Part shown: positions 1 to 13,240 of the stretch, in pieces
How positions within the stretch are numbered: position 1 is the stretch's first letter
How the letters are laid out: each line of letters starts with the position of its first letter
Notes under the pieces: model-generated
Told to the model about the DNA's origin: nothing
Seen by the model: only the letters and a program-made list of their open reading frames with translations
The model's database searches: none
Program-made: the position numbers and the translations under genes
Assembly: GCF_963921235.1 (NCBI RefSeq)
Contig: NC_086109.1
Location: forward strand, 29,824,001-29,888,000
Source of the DNA: Mobula hypostoma
Lineage: Eukaryota
Length of the DNA stretch: 64,000 bases
Reading direction: 5' to 3'

Positions 1-262
1 GACAGCATCCTCCTTTCAGACACCACCGTCAGAGAGTCCAGTTCCATCCCCACAACATCACTGGCCTTATGAATGAGTTTGTTGATTCTGTTGGTATCTG
101 CTACCCTCAGCCTGCTGCCCCAGCACACAACAGCAAACATGATCGCACTGGCCACCACAGACTCGTAGAACATCCTCAGCATCGTCCAGCAGATGTTAAA
201 GGACCTCAGTCTCCTCAGGAAATAGAGGTGGCTCTGACCCTCCTTGTAGACAGCCTCAGTCT
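1..262 (-). mobile_element. Rex1/Babar-clade LINE, ORF2 C-terminal fragment (runs off window start)
   Basis: Reverse complement closely matches 19875-20140 (KKGQSHL.FLRRLRSF...ESVVASAIMFAVVCWGS). Confidence 0.85.
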
Positions 263-599
263 ATACAGTAGGCCCTGCTATTCAGTAGGATTATATTTAA
301 TAATCTACTTCAGTACAATGCACTTGCTGTCTTCCCATTCCTCTTAAATCCTATTGCATCTAGACAATTATTTGTCTCCTAACTCTGTCCAGCAACTTAC
401 TCTCTACAGCCAAGTAAATATGACAATTAATAAATTTAAAGACAAATATCGATAAGAAGTTCCGAAGTGCCATCAAAGGATTAGCACTTTTTGTCCAAAG
501 CTTTGTAAAATGAGAATGTGCTTTGTGAGTTGAATTGCTCAAGTTTTTCACCCTCAAAGTGATGAAAGTAAAAATCAAGCCAACCACTCTTAATTAATA

Positions 600-930
600 A
601 GGCCACAAGGGCCCTTAGGGCTGCCTCAGCATTCAATATGATCATGACTGATCTATGCTGCTCTCAGCTTCTCCATAACCCTGAATTTCTTGATCTTTCA
701 ACTATCCATCCATCACTACCTTAAACATATCTAATGATCTGGCCTTCAGCCCCCTTGGGGTCAGATAACTCCAGAGATTCAATACCCTCAGAGAGAAGAA
801 ATTTCTACGCACTTCAGTATTAAATATCCACTTTGTAATTTTGTATCAATGTCCCTTTGTTTGTTGCTAGTAAAATCATCTCTAGATCTAATTTGACAGG
901 CCCTTTAGAACCTTACATACTTGAAGCATA
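600..930 (-). mobile_element. old CR1 3' end fragment
   Basis: Degenerate reverse complement of the CR1 3' UTR and ORF2 end seen at 9750-10050 (ttcaatatgatcatgactgatc; ccagagattcaataccctc...agaagaaatttc). Confidence 0.55.
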
Positions 931-2056
931 TACCACAAACTTTTATGTTGTCCTAAAGTGAATATCAAGAGCTGGTGACCCTTGCACGGCGTAAAACTCA
1001 GCTCTGAAGGCTTGCAGTGAATTAGGATCATACCGAGTTCTTTGCAAATCATTCATACCTGGAGAAGAAATACTCCACTGCTCATTGCAAATCACCTGTA
1101 ATGCAAACAGAAGAGGAAGAAGATTGAAGCAACATTTAATATACTACAGTGATTCTGGTTGCCTTAAAACTGGTTTAACTTGTCTTGAGGCCTTTAAAAA
1201 TAAATTTGATCCATCTAAGACATTTCTCAGAGGTGTCAATGGATTTGAAAGAAACACTGCATTGAACAATAAGATATATTTTCAGTGGACAACCATGACT
1301 GTTGCAATGTGAATCAAAAGTAATTTCGATATCTGGAAAGCAATGCTACATATGCACTTATTATAAAATACCTATTTAAACATTTGGGAACTCACAGAAA
1401 CCTCAAAGTATGAAAATTCTATTTTGACATTACAAAAATTCCAAGGACAAGTTATATTCATCATCCAGGCAAGGTTATTCTATTGCGAAAGGGAAGAATA
1501 GGTCTGCTATCAGTCAGGAAATTCAGATATTCATGCAACACTGTTAGTAAAATAGAGATTATAAATTAAAAGGTTAGTTTATAAAAAATATAGTGCTAAA
1601 GATCAAATTGCTTCTTTTGAAAACACTAACTGCATCTTAACTTAGCTCCACCAGTTCATTATAGATGATAACTGCATTAGGCATTTAGAGATATAACTGC
1701 AAAATTAATAAAATAAAGGTGTCTACCAAATGACATCTGCGTGGGTAAAACACTCAACTACTCCTCGATCTCCTCTGTGTCAGAGTTGCTCAGTGTCAGT
1801 GGAATTCCAGTAGATCTAAGATTCACCTGGCCTGAGCCCCTTCACCATCCATGTACAATTTGTTAGACTTGTGCTGTTTATTCTTCACGACGCATCTATG
1901 TGCTTCTATTAGTGACACTTTCAACAGAGGCACCTACACTGTCAGATTATTGTTCCCCTTACTAGACCAAGGCCATCAAATCTAATCACAACAGTTCCAC
2001 TATATACAGGGGAGAGTTAATTCAGCTGAAACATAAAGTTCATCCAGAAAACTTAG

Positions 2057-5000
2057 ACCGTAAGACCATAACATACAAGAGCAGAATTAGGCCATTCGGC
2101 CCATCGAGTCTGCTCTGCCATTTCATCCAATTTTCCAATTTTCCTCTCAGACCCAATCTCCTGCCTTTTCCATATATACCTTCATGCCCTGACCAATCAA
2201 GAATCTATCAAACTCTGCCTTAAATATACTTAAAGACTTGGCCTCTACAGTTGCCTGTAGAAAAGAATTTCACAGAGTCACCACTTTCTGACTAAAAAAT
2301 TTCCTCCTCATCTGTTTTTCAAAAAGACGTCTTTCTATTCTGAGGCTGTGTCCTCTGGTCTTAGACTCTCCCACCATATGAAACATGCTCTTCACACCCA
2401 CTCTATCGAGGCCTTTTACCATTCAATAAGCTTCAATGAGGTCACCCCTCATTCTTCTGAATTCTAGTGAATACAGGCCCAGAGCCATCAAATCATTCTC
2501 ATACGTTAACCCTTTCATCCCAGAATCATTCTCGTGTATGTCCTCTGGCCCCGCTGCATTGCCAGCACATCCTTTCTTCGATAACGGGCCCAAATCCGCT
2601 CACAATAATCCTTATAAAGCCTCAGCATCACATCCCTACTCTTATATTCTAGTCCTCCCAGGCTCTACCTGCAAATTAACCTTTAGGGAATCCTGCACAA
2701 GGACTCCCAAGTCCCTTTGCACCTCAGTTTGTTGTATTTTCTCTCTAGTTAGAATATAGCCAACCCTTCCATTTCTTCTACCAAAGTGCATGACCATACA
2801 CTTCCCGACATTATGTTCCATCTGCCATTTCTTTACCCATTCTCCTAATCTGTCTATGTCCTTCTATAACCTCTCTACTTCCTCAAAACTACCTGCCCCT
2901 CCACCTGTCTTCAGCATCTGCAAAATTTGCAACAAAGCCATCAATTCCATTATCCAAGTCATTGACATATAACATAAAAAGAGTCGGTCCCAACACAGAC
3001 CCTGAGGAACCCCACTAGTCACAGGCAGCCAACCAGAAAAGACACCTTTTATCCCCATTCTTTACCTCCTGCCAATCAGCCACTGCCTTATCCATGCTAC
3101 AGTCTTTCCTGTAATACCACATGCTCGTAGGTTGTTAAGCAGCCTCATATGTAGCACCTTGTCAAAATCCTTCTGAAAATCCAAGTATACATCGTCCAAT
3201 TTTCCTGAGTTTATCCTGTTTGTTATTTCTTCGAAGAATTCCAACAGATCTGTCAGGCAAGACTTTCCCTTGAGGAAGCCATGCTGACTATGGCCTATTA
3301 TGTCATGTGCCTCTATGTACCCTGAGTCCTCATCCTTAATAATCAACTCCAACATCTTCCCAACCATTGAGGTCAGATTAACTGGCCTATGGTTTTCTTT
3401 CTTCTGTCTCTTGCCCTTCTTGAAGAGCAGAGTGACATTTACAATTTTCCAGTCTTCAGGAACCATTTCAGAATCTAGTGATTCTTGAAAGATCATTACT
3501 AATGCCTCCACATTCTCTTCAACAACCTCTTTCATAACCCAGGGATGTACACCATCTGGTCCAGGTGACTTATCTAACTTCAGTCCTTTCAGCTTCCCAA
3601 AAAGCTTCTGTCTAGTTATGGTAACCTCACACGCCTCATGACTCCTGATACCCGGAACTTCCACCATTCTGCTAGTGTCTTCCATATTGAAGACTGATGC
3701 AAAATACTTACTCAATTTCTCCAGTATTTTGCTGTCCCCCATTACTACCTCTCCAGCATCATTTTCCAGCAGTCCAATATCCACATTTTACACATGTATC
3801 TGAAGAAACTTCTGGTATCCTCCTTAATATTATTGGCTAGCTTACTTTTGTGTTCCATATTTACATTTTTAATGACTTTTTTAGCTGCTTTCTGCTGTTT
3901 TTTTAAAAGCCTCCCAATCCTCTAACTTCCCGCTAATTTTTGCTCCATTATATGTCTTCTCTTTGGCTTTTATGTTAACTTTGCCTTCTCTTGTTAGCTA
4001 TGGTTATGTCATCTTTCCTTTAGTTTATTTCTTCTTCTTTAGGATATAGATATATTCTATGTTTTCTGAATTACTTCCAGCAATTGTAGTCTTTGCCGCT
4101 CTGCTGTCATCCCTGCCAGTGTTCTTTCTCACCATCTCCTCTCTAATACCTCGGTAATACCCTTTACGCCACTGTAATACTGATACATCAGACTCAAGCT
4201 TCTCCATCTCAAATTTCAGGGTGAATTCGATCATATTATGATCACTTGCCCCTAAGGGTTCTTTTACCTTGAGCTCTCTAATCAATTCTGGTTCATTGCA
4301 CAACATCCAATCTAGAATAGTTGATCCCCTGGTGGGCTCAACCATGAGCTGCTCTAAAAAGCAGATACTCTAGGAATTCCCCCTCCTGCAATCCAGCACC
4401 AACCTGACTTTCCAAATCTATCTGCTTTTTGAACTCCCCCATAACTATTGCAACATTGCCCTTTTGGCATGCATTTTCTACCTCCCATTGTACTTTGTAG
4501 GCCATATCCTTTCTACTGTTTGGGAGTCCATATACAACTCCCATCAGGATCTTTTTGCCCTTGTAGTTCCTTAGCTCTATCCACAATGATTCAACATCTT
4601 CCTGCCCTATGTCACCTCGATCTAATGACTTGATTTAATTTTTTACCAACAGAACAACACTGCCACTTCTGCCTTCCCGCTTGTCCTTTCAATACAATGT
4701 GTATTCTTGGTCATTAAGTTCCTAGCACTAATCTTTTTTCAGCCATGATTCCCTGATGCCTATAACATCAGACCTGCCAATCTGCAATTGTGCTGCAAGT
4801 TCTTCTATCTTATTCTGTATACTGCAATACCTTCAGTCCTGTATTCACCCTTTTTTGATTTTGTCTGACTTTTACATTGCAACTCACACTTTTAACTGTA
4901 ATTTTGCCACATCTGCAGCTTCTCTTCACTACACATTGCCTCTGTTTGTAAACCAGCTATTTTCAGCACTATTATCAGTCTTTCCTATCATACTTCTTGC

Positions 5001-5395
5001 ATTGAAATATAGGCAGCTCAGGATACTCAACCATTTGTCTTATGTCTGACCAACATCTCCTCTAACTGTTTAGGCACTCTGGTTCCCATCCCCTGCAACT
5101 CCAGTTTAAATTCCACTGTGCAGAATTAACAAAACTTCCTGCTGGGATATTAGTCCCCCTCCAGTTCAGTTGCAAACCGTCCCTTCTGTACAGGTCCCAC
5201 CTTCCCTGGAAGAGAGCCCAATGATCCAAAAATCTTTTGCCCTCCCTCCTACACCAACTCCTTAGCCACGTATTAAACTGTATAATCTTCCTAGTTTGGC
5301 CTCATTAGCACATGGCATGGGTAGCAATCAAGGGATCACAATCTTGGAGGCCCTGTCCTTTAATTTAGCACCTAACTCAAGAACCTCATTACTCG
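2057..5395 (-). mobile_element. CR1 LINE, long degenerate copy: ORF1 SGNH-esterase end, ORF2 APE endonuclease and RT, 3' tail
   Basis: ORFs contain EPTRGSTILDW..N / LGASDHNMIEF (APE), KSPGPDGVHP, HRPVNLTS, QHGFLKGKSCLTDL, YLDFQKDFDKV, VTSGVPQG. 5140-5230 reads LDHWALFQGRWDLYRRDGLQLNWRGT (esterase block V). Short tandem tail at 2057-2075. Frameshifts and internal deletions present. Confidence 0.93.
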
Positions 5396-5769
5396 TAGTA
5401 CAGTTCCACACAGTCATTAATATCATTATGTTCCATATCGTATGATGTGGGCAATCAAGATCTCACAACCATGATTGTTTTTGGAAAATATTTCTCCAGA
5501 AGCAGTTTGCCATTCCTTTCTTCTGGGCAGTGTCTTTACAAGACAGGTGACCCCAGCCATTATCAACACTCTTCAAGAATTATCTGCCTGGCATCTGTGG
5601 TGTATACTAGGATTTCTGATGTGTACCAGCTGCTCATACAACTATCCACCATCTGTTTCCATGGCTTTACGTGGCCATGATCTGGGGGGCTAACAGGTGT
5701 TACACCTTGCCCAAGGGTGACCTGCAGGCTGGCAGTGAGATTACCCTGCTACCCATAAAATGCTGAAGC

Positions 5770-7348
5770 ATTTCACACCTGGTCTACTCCTGCTGTCTTT
5801 ATCTTATCATCTGCATTTGCATCTTGTGAACCTATGATCTCTGTCTTGGAGGCCAATATCATAACATCTTTCAAGAGGGTGAACCCTGACGGTGTACCTG
5901 GTAGGGCTCTGAAATTCTGTGCCAACCAACAGATGGGAGTGTTCAAGGACATCTTCAATCTCTCACTGCTGGAATCAGAATGTCCCACCTGCTTCAAAAG
6001 GCAGCAATGATACCTGTGCACAAGAGCAGGCTGAACTGCCTCAACAATTATTGCCCAGTGGCCCCTCATATGAAATGATTTGAGAGGTTGGTTATTGCCA
6101 GAAACAATTACTGCCTAAGCAAGTATCTGAACCTGCTACAATTTGCCGATCGCCAGATTAGGTCTATAGCTGGTGCAATCTCGATGGCTACTCCACTAGC
6201 CTTTGGATCACCTGGACAATGGCAATACTTACGTCAGTCTGCTGTTCATTGACTACAGCTCAGCATTCAACACAATCATATCCTCATTTATAATCAACAA
6301 GCTCCTATACCTGGGTTTTTGTACCTCCTCTGCAATTGGATCATCACTGGGAGACCATAGTCTGTACGGATTAGAAAGAACATCTCCTCCTCACTGACAA
6401 TCATCACTGGCGCACCTCAAGGATGTGTAGTTAGCCCACTGCTCTACTCTCGCTACACCCACGTTTATGAGACTAGGCACAGTTCAAACGCTATCTATAA
6501 GTTTGCTGATGACACTACTGTTGGCAGAACTTCAGATGGTGATGAGGAGGCGTACAGGAATGAGACAGGTGAGCTGGTCGAGTGGTGTTGCAGCAGCGAT
6601 CTTGCACTCATTTCAGTAAGACCAAGGAATTGATTGTGGACTTCAGAAAAGGTACATCAAGGGAACACACACCAGACCTCTTCGAGAGATCAGAAATGGA
6701 AAGATTAATCAGTCTGAAGTTCTTGGGTGTCAGCATCTCTAAGGATCTATCTTGGGCCCAGCATGCTGATTCAATTACAAAGAATGCATGACAGTGGTTA
6801 TATTTCATTAGCAGTTTGAGAAGAATTGGTATGTCACCAAAGACAATCGCTAATCTCTACTGATGCCTTGAGAAGAGCATTCCAACTGGTTGCATCACTG
6901 TCTGGTATGGAGGAGTTACTGCACAGGACTGGGAAAATTTGCAGAAAGCTGTATATTCAGCCAGCTTCATCATGGGCGCTAGCCTCCCCAGCATCCAGGA
7001 CTCTTTCAAAAGGTGATACCTCTAAAAGGCGGCATCCATCATTAAGGACCCCATCAGGCAGGACATGTCCTCTTCTCCTTGGTACCATCAAGAGGTGGGT
7101 ACAGGAGCCTGAAGACACACACTCAAAGATTCAGGAACAGCTTCTTCCCCTCTGCCATCAGATTTCTGAACGGACAATGAATCCATGAACACTACCTCAC
7201 TATTTTTTCCTCTCATTTTGCACTAATGTAATTGATTTTTTTATATATACTTCTTACTGTAGCATAGTTTTTATTGTGTATATCAAGGCAATGCTGCCAC
7301 AAAACAAGTTCCCTGACATGTGCCAGTGATATTATACCTGATTCTGAT
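5770..7348 (+). mobile_element. Rex1/Babar-clade LINE, 5'-truncated RT and C-terminus
   Basis: [57 protein letters not shown]; ends in a (ctgatt)n tail at ~7339-7348. Confidence 0.9.
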
Positions 7349-7599
7349 TTTTTTAAAAACTCACAGTCAGGGAGAATGGATTAATGGTGCAGTACTTAAG
7401 AGCTGGCTAAGTTTACAGCTTTCTGCAACTTTTACGATTCTGTATTCCTTTTAAGGAATAAAAGGAAATAGATAAACTTACATCTGTACTTGTGGACAAT
7501 CGAAATACACTGAGATATATATGATATCTTCTCTTAATCCCTCCTTCACAATCGTTACTTGTACCTGAACAAATGAAATGATAGTAACATCCCTTGATC

Positions 7600-7930
7600 A
7601 GCAACTGATCAAGGAGCTCTGACTAAACTGGAGTCAATGGGAGTCAGGGGGGAAAAGAAAAGCTCTCCACTAGTTGGAATCATATGCAGCACAAAAGAAG
7701 ATGGTTGTGGTGGTTGGAGATCATTCCTCTCATCCTCAGTACATCTCTGCATGAGTTGCTCGGGGCCAACCATCTTCAGCTGCTTCTTCAATGACCTTCC
7801 TTTAATTGTATGGTCAGAGATAGAGATGTTTTCTGCTGATTGCACAAAATTCAGTGCCATTTACAACTCCTCAACTCCTCAGGTAATGATGTGTTTATAA
7901 CCACATGCAGCAAGACCTCAACAATACACC
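7600..7930 (+). mobile_element. degenerate CR1/L2-group RT fragment
   Basis: GPTIFSCFFNDLP...EMFSADCT resembles RT motifs GP.LF..FINDL...FADD. Confidence 0.6.
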
Positions 7931-9096
7931 ACATGGAAGTTGCTCTCCGAGATACACACCATCCTGACTTGGAAATATATTGTTGCTCCTTCACTGTTAT
8001 TGGGTCACAATCCTGAACCTTTCTCCCTAACATTTTTGTTGGTATACTGTCAAGGTATGCAGTCTCACCTCAAGGTTTGCAGTAGCTCATGGAAACAGCT
8101 CATCACCACCTGTCAACGGCAACTAGGGATGGACAAGTAAGTGCTGGTCCAGCCTGCAAAGCCCACATCCCTCGAATGAAGAAGGAAAAAAGGTCTATTT
8201 ATACAAGAGCTCTGCTGTAATTAGCTTACTATCAATGTCATATCTTAATACTTTAGATGTTAATATTACGATATGACATTGAAAATAGGCCAATTGTAGC
8301 AGAGTTGTCTGAGTTCATATAAGTGTAATTTTGTATCCTTTCCAAGTACAAAACTGACTAATCCAACTGACCTGAAATTGCTGGTGCATTTGGCAGCATA
8401 CCATATTTAGTTGAAGTTGGTATGCAGTACACAGCTTGTGTCAATAATCATTTCTCTTTGTTTTAGTGCCTGGACTGATTAGCATGCTGGACAATGTGAT
8501 GGAATTGGACTATTTAAAAGGAAACGCAAAGGCACAGAAAGCTAATTGCTTTAATGTCTTATGTAACTGAAGAATCCTATGAATAGAGATGACTTAAATA
8601 GAAAAATATTTTAATTAGCAGTGAATCTATCCGGCACAATAATTAATCCAATATACTATTCCCAGAAATTCAGTGTTGGGAGCTGATCTACAAAGTAGTT
8701 TGCAATTGTACAATTTTTGGAATTATTGGCATAAATTTAAAATTGTATTACCCCTCTTTAAACATCCACCTTGAGTCATCTCCATCACTAGTTATTAATA
8801 CAGATTTTATGTACAAATGGCTGTTGAAACCCAGGTACACTTTATTTTCAACCAATAGCATGAGATTATTGATTTAACAAGAAATATTTCCTGCTAGTGC
8901 ATGTAAAAGTGGAACTCAATAAACTTATTCAGGAGAAGTATATCACAAAAAGTGAAACTAATATTGGGTGGTTGAGTAGTGTTAACAAATCTCAGTAAGT
9001 AACTGAAAGAAGCAAGTAACCTGCTGAACAGTTCATCTGTCCAACCCCAGCACGTTGTTGCTAATTAGAAAAAAACTCATCAGACTTTTTAAATAG

Positions 9097-10056
9097 GATA
9101 AATGCAGCATCTCCAAGTTTGCGGATGACACGAAGCTGCGTGGCAGTGTTAGCTGCGAGGAGGATGCTAAGAGGATGCAGAGTGACTTGGATAGGTTGGG
9201 TGAGTGGGCAAATTCATGGCAGATGCAACTTAATGTGGATAAATGTGAAGTTATCCACTTTGGTGGCAAAAATAGGAAAACAGATTATTATCTGAATGGT
9301 GGCCGATTAGGAAAAGGGGAGGTGCAACGAGACCTGGGTGTCATTATACACCAGTCATTGAAAGTGGGCATGCAGGTACAGCAGGCGGTGAAAAAGGCGA
9401 ATGGTATGCTGGCATTTATAGCGAGAGGATTCGAGTACAGGAGCAGGGAGGTACTACTGCATTTGTACAAGGCCTTGATGAGACCACACCTGGAGTATTG
9501 TGTGCAGTTTTGGTCCCCTAATCTGAGGAAAGACATCCTTGCCATAGAGGGAGTACAAAGAAGGTTCACCAGATTGATTCCTGGGATGGCAGGAGTTTCA
9601 TATGAAGAAAGACTGGATGAACTGGGCTTGTACTCGTTGGAATTTAGAAGATTGAGGGGGGATCTGATTGAACCGTATAAAATCCTAAAGGGATTGGACA
9701 GGCTAGATGCAGGAAGATTGTTCCCGATGTTGGGGAAGTCCAGAACAAGGGGTCACAGTTTGAGGATAAAGGGGAAGCCTTTTAGGACCGAGATTAGGAA
9801 AAACTTCTTCACACAGAGAGTGGTGAATCTGTGGAATTCTCTGCCACAGGAAACAGTTGAGGCCAATTCATTGGCTATATTTAAGAGGGAGTTAGATATG
9901 GCCCTTGTGGCTACGGGGATCAGGGGGTATGGAGGGAAGGCTGGGGCGGGGTTCTGAGTTGGATAATCAGCCATGATCATAATAAATGGCGGTGCAGGAT
10001 CGAAGGGCCGAATGGCCTACTCCTGCACCTATTTTCTATGTTTCTATGTTTCTATG
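9097..10056 (+). mobile_element. young 5'-truncated CR1 LINE with intact ORF2 C-terminus
   Basis: ISKFADDTKL then an uninterrupted 260-aa ORF (QSDLDRLGEWA..WQM.LNVDKC, RDLGV, RPHLEYCVQFWSP, RRLRGDLIE, RTRGH, NLWNSLP); 3' UTR and (tctatgtt)n tail at 10034-10056. Confidence 0.96.
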
Positions 10057-11146
10057 ATATAGAAAACACCTGATTCCTACCAACCAGAAGGAAAATATCA
10101 GCATCCCATGGGAACACCACTACCTGAATGCTCACCTCCATTTCGTGTATCACCTGACCCTGAAAATATTTACTTGTCTTCTTTGTCTTTCTGCCAATAT
10201 CCTTCAACTTACTCTTTGCCAAAACTGTTGGAATACGGTTACAAAATACATCTATCATGTCAAGTACCTGGCTTCTTACTATCTTTGAAAGAGATAATGA
10301 CCAAAAGAAATGTTGAATGTAATATTTATTGCTTAAGTGTTATAGTAGTACAAACTAGCATTTCTCTCAACTTCCTAAAGTGTTATCATATGACTTGGAG
10401 AATCAGAAACCAAAAATTAGATTTGTCATCTAGTGACTCCTTCTTAGATGCTAGTAAATGAATCAAACACCACCAGGGCAATTATCTAAGAATTTGACTT
10501 AATTAAGAAGCTCGGCTGAATATACAGTATGCACCAAAGCAGCCATTTTATTATATAAATGAGATTTAGTCTCTGTTTTAGTGACAACTGAAGTAGTCTC
10601 ACTCTGCTGTGCTGACAATGTTATCTTGTAAATTACATTTTCCTCTGCACAGAGTTTGTCATTTGAAGCTAATTCCTTTTGAAGTCAGTGTACGCATCAC
10701 ATTTCACTTATGGTTTTTCAATCCCCTGCAAGAAAATTTGGCATCTGGAACAGCTGTACTCTTAAATCATTTTAAATGCAACCTTGATCATTTTATAAAC
10801 CAGGCCATATGTCACAGTAATAATTACAAAGGCATTTGTTTGAAACCATTTCCAAAAATTTTTTGTATGCATTACTTAAAATTTATTATCACAACACTTA
10901 TTTCATACCTTTCCATAACATGTGTGGGTTCATCGGTGGTGGGAGACAACCAACAGGAAGGTCAGCTATCACTAGTGAGTGTTAAAATTAGTTATGTAAT
11001 TTGATGGGCATATCATGTTTGTACTCAATTCCCCTCGGACATGTGTTGATAAATGTTCATTTTAAATAGTGCTACATAGATCTGGAAATTCTTTGGGAAA
11101 CAATTGATCTCCCAGGGCAACCAGAAAGAATATAATCCTCCTTTCT

Positions 11147-11341
11147 AGCAACATACATCAAAGTTGCTGGTGAACGCAGCAGGCCAAGCAGCATCTATAG
11201 GAAGAGGCGCAGTCGACGTTTCAGACCGAGACCCTTCGTCAGCCTCTTCCTATAGATGCTGCTTGGTCTGCTGCGTTCACCAGCAACTTTGATGTATGTT
11301 GCTTGAATTTCCAGCATCTGCAGAATTCCTGTTGTTTGCGT
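11147..11341. mobile_element. Penelope-derived short palindromic element with 14-bp TSD
   Basis: 61-bp inverted arms 11148-11208 / 11242-11302 (1 mismatch); TSD taatcctcctttct at 11133-11146 and 11342-11355. The same terminus follows the GIY-YIG fragment at 34130-34716. Confidence 0.8.
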
Positions 11342-12639
11342 TAATCCTCCTTTCTGTTTATTTTTCATGGAAATTATTTTGTAAGGTACATGCAAAGACA
11401 AATGATAGAGTTTCTAGGCCATGGTGTTATAAATTTTATAGATACAACCAATTTATGTTAATACAAGTCCCTCCCTTTCAGAAAAGTCTTTTCTCCATTT
11501 CACTTCCATGTCACAGCTTTCCAATATGGTTAGTGCCCCCAAAGTAGCACTGACCTGCCCAAGCAACACCACATGAACTAAGATGTGGCTTTAGTGCTCC
11601 CAGAATTTCTTGCACCTTGAAACAGTTAGACAATACTTTTCTTTCAGTCTGTGTCCCGTGCATACATGCATATATGGGAACAGTTTTACATTTCAATCCA
11701 CTTTCAAAATTTGGTTCTATTGGAACTGATAGAAGCAGATTTCAAGAGGACAAAACATAGGCAACGTACATACAGTATGTGAGAAGCACTTCTGATGGAA
11801 GACAAATCTTCATCCTAATTTGACTCCATTATATATGTATTTGGGAGCTGAGTTTGACTGGCAAGCTTTCTTAGGGACCTGTCTGCTTTTCCAGTGATGA
11901 CAGTCAACCTTTGCTGGCACTTTGGTTTGAATCTGATATGAAAATATGAGACCGAGGCTTCAAAATTACCACCCACCTGCTGTTCCTACAGACAGATGCA
12001 ATTTTGTTTACTGAACCAGGTCTGTGGTTTCCACTCACACGGGAAAGCAACACCACTGGAGATAGCAGCATGGTTTTTGTTTAGATGTGCGTTGCAGCTG
12101 TGGCTGTCACAAGCAGGGGTACAGTTCACATTTACCTCTCGTTCAAAGATTTGTAAACGTAAACTGGGATGAAAGCCATTCTTTTGACTTGGTATGTAGA
12201 AATCACTTGTACTGCTCAGATTAGGTAACTGTGCAAAGTGTTACCAAGGCAATAATTATACCTGAATCACATTCTCCAAAGCCCCAATGGGTCCATTTCT
12301 TACTGTCCCATCAGAGAAGCTGTATCTGAAAGCTGTGGTGACCTAATTCAGCCTGATGATTTATTATTGACCATAACAGACAGCGTGTCCAGGGCCCTTA
12401 TTCCCTCTCTGTGTTGTTTGTTCTAACGAAGTGCATCTGGAACTGGTGACATCAAAGGTGAAACATCATTGCTCACTATTCAGGACTGAGAGCAGCAAAC
12501 AGACAATACCTATTGGAGGCTCATCAAATATAAACACATATGAGGTAGCGCATAGCAATGCATTTTTGTGGCAGATACTATGAGCTCAACACGCAGGCAT
12601 GCTGGGAATCAGGTTAGGAGTGCGAATGGCATATTAAAA

Positions 12640-12920
12640 AGAACACAAATAAATGACTGATACCACATAGAAGCCAGACTATGAAAGGACCATTTCATTC
12701 TCCCCTTTTCCAATCAACCCTTCTAGATGCTACTACTCATCTACACACTTGAGACAACTTACAGGGGCCTAGTAATCTACCAATCTGCTCTTCTTCAGGG
12801 TATGAGAGGAAACACACACAGGGGAACACCAGGAGAACATAGATATTCCACATGGACATCACCAGATGTCAGGATCAATCCCCAGGTCACTTGAATCGTG
12901 AAGAAACTGCTCTACTTGCT
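12640..12920 (-). mobile_element. degenerate tRNA-derived SINE
   Basis: Reverse complement shows a B-box-like gattgatcctgac followed by a V-domain-like ...tggaata...tgttctcc...gtttcctctcataccc. Confidence 0.5.
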
Positions 12921-13021
12921 ACAACAGATGCAATATATCTGTCGATTTACCTCATCATCATCTTACTTCCCTGATTCCCTTCTATCTAGTTTACATAAGT
13001 AGTCACGGTGATATGCACAAT

Positions 13022-13240
13022 TATGGCAGCATGGTGGTTAGTGTAACACTATTACAGCAACAGAAACCTATGTTTAATTCCACACTATCTGTAAGGAGTT
13101 TATGTTCTCCCCATTTCTGCCCAGGTTTTCTCCCACATACCAAAGATAAAAGTACAGGTTAGTAGGTTAATATAGGTGTAATTGAGTGATGCTGGCTGGT
13201 GGGTCAGAAAGACCAGTTAGCATGCTGTATCTCTAAGTAA
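13022..13240 (+). mobile_element. tRNA-derived V-SINE (HE1/DANA-like)
   Basis: tRNA-like head, then ctgtaaggagtttatgttctcccc...ctcccaca...aaaga...ggttagtaggttaat (V-domain consensus). Confidence 0.65.

Noticed and set aside
1059..1095. 37-nt minus-strand exon-like segment with good splice signals (tttgcattacag / gtatga), VICNEQWSISSP
   Set aside because: Isolated, no recognisable protein and no partner exons; could be chance.
11770..12500. Unique-sequence block with several AG/GT-bounded segments
   Set aside because: The longest candidate exon has stops in all three frames, and no product was recognisable.
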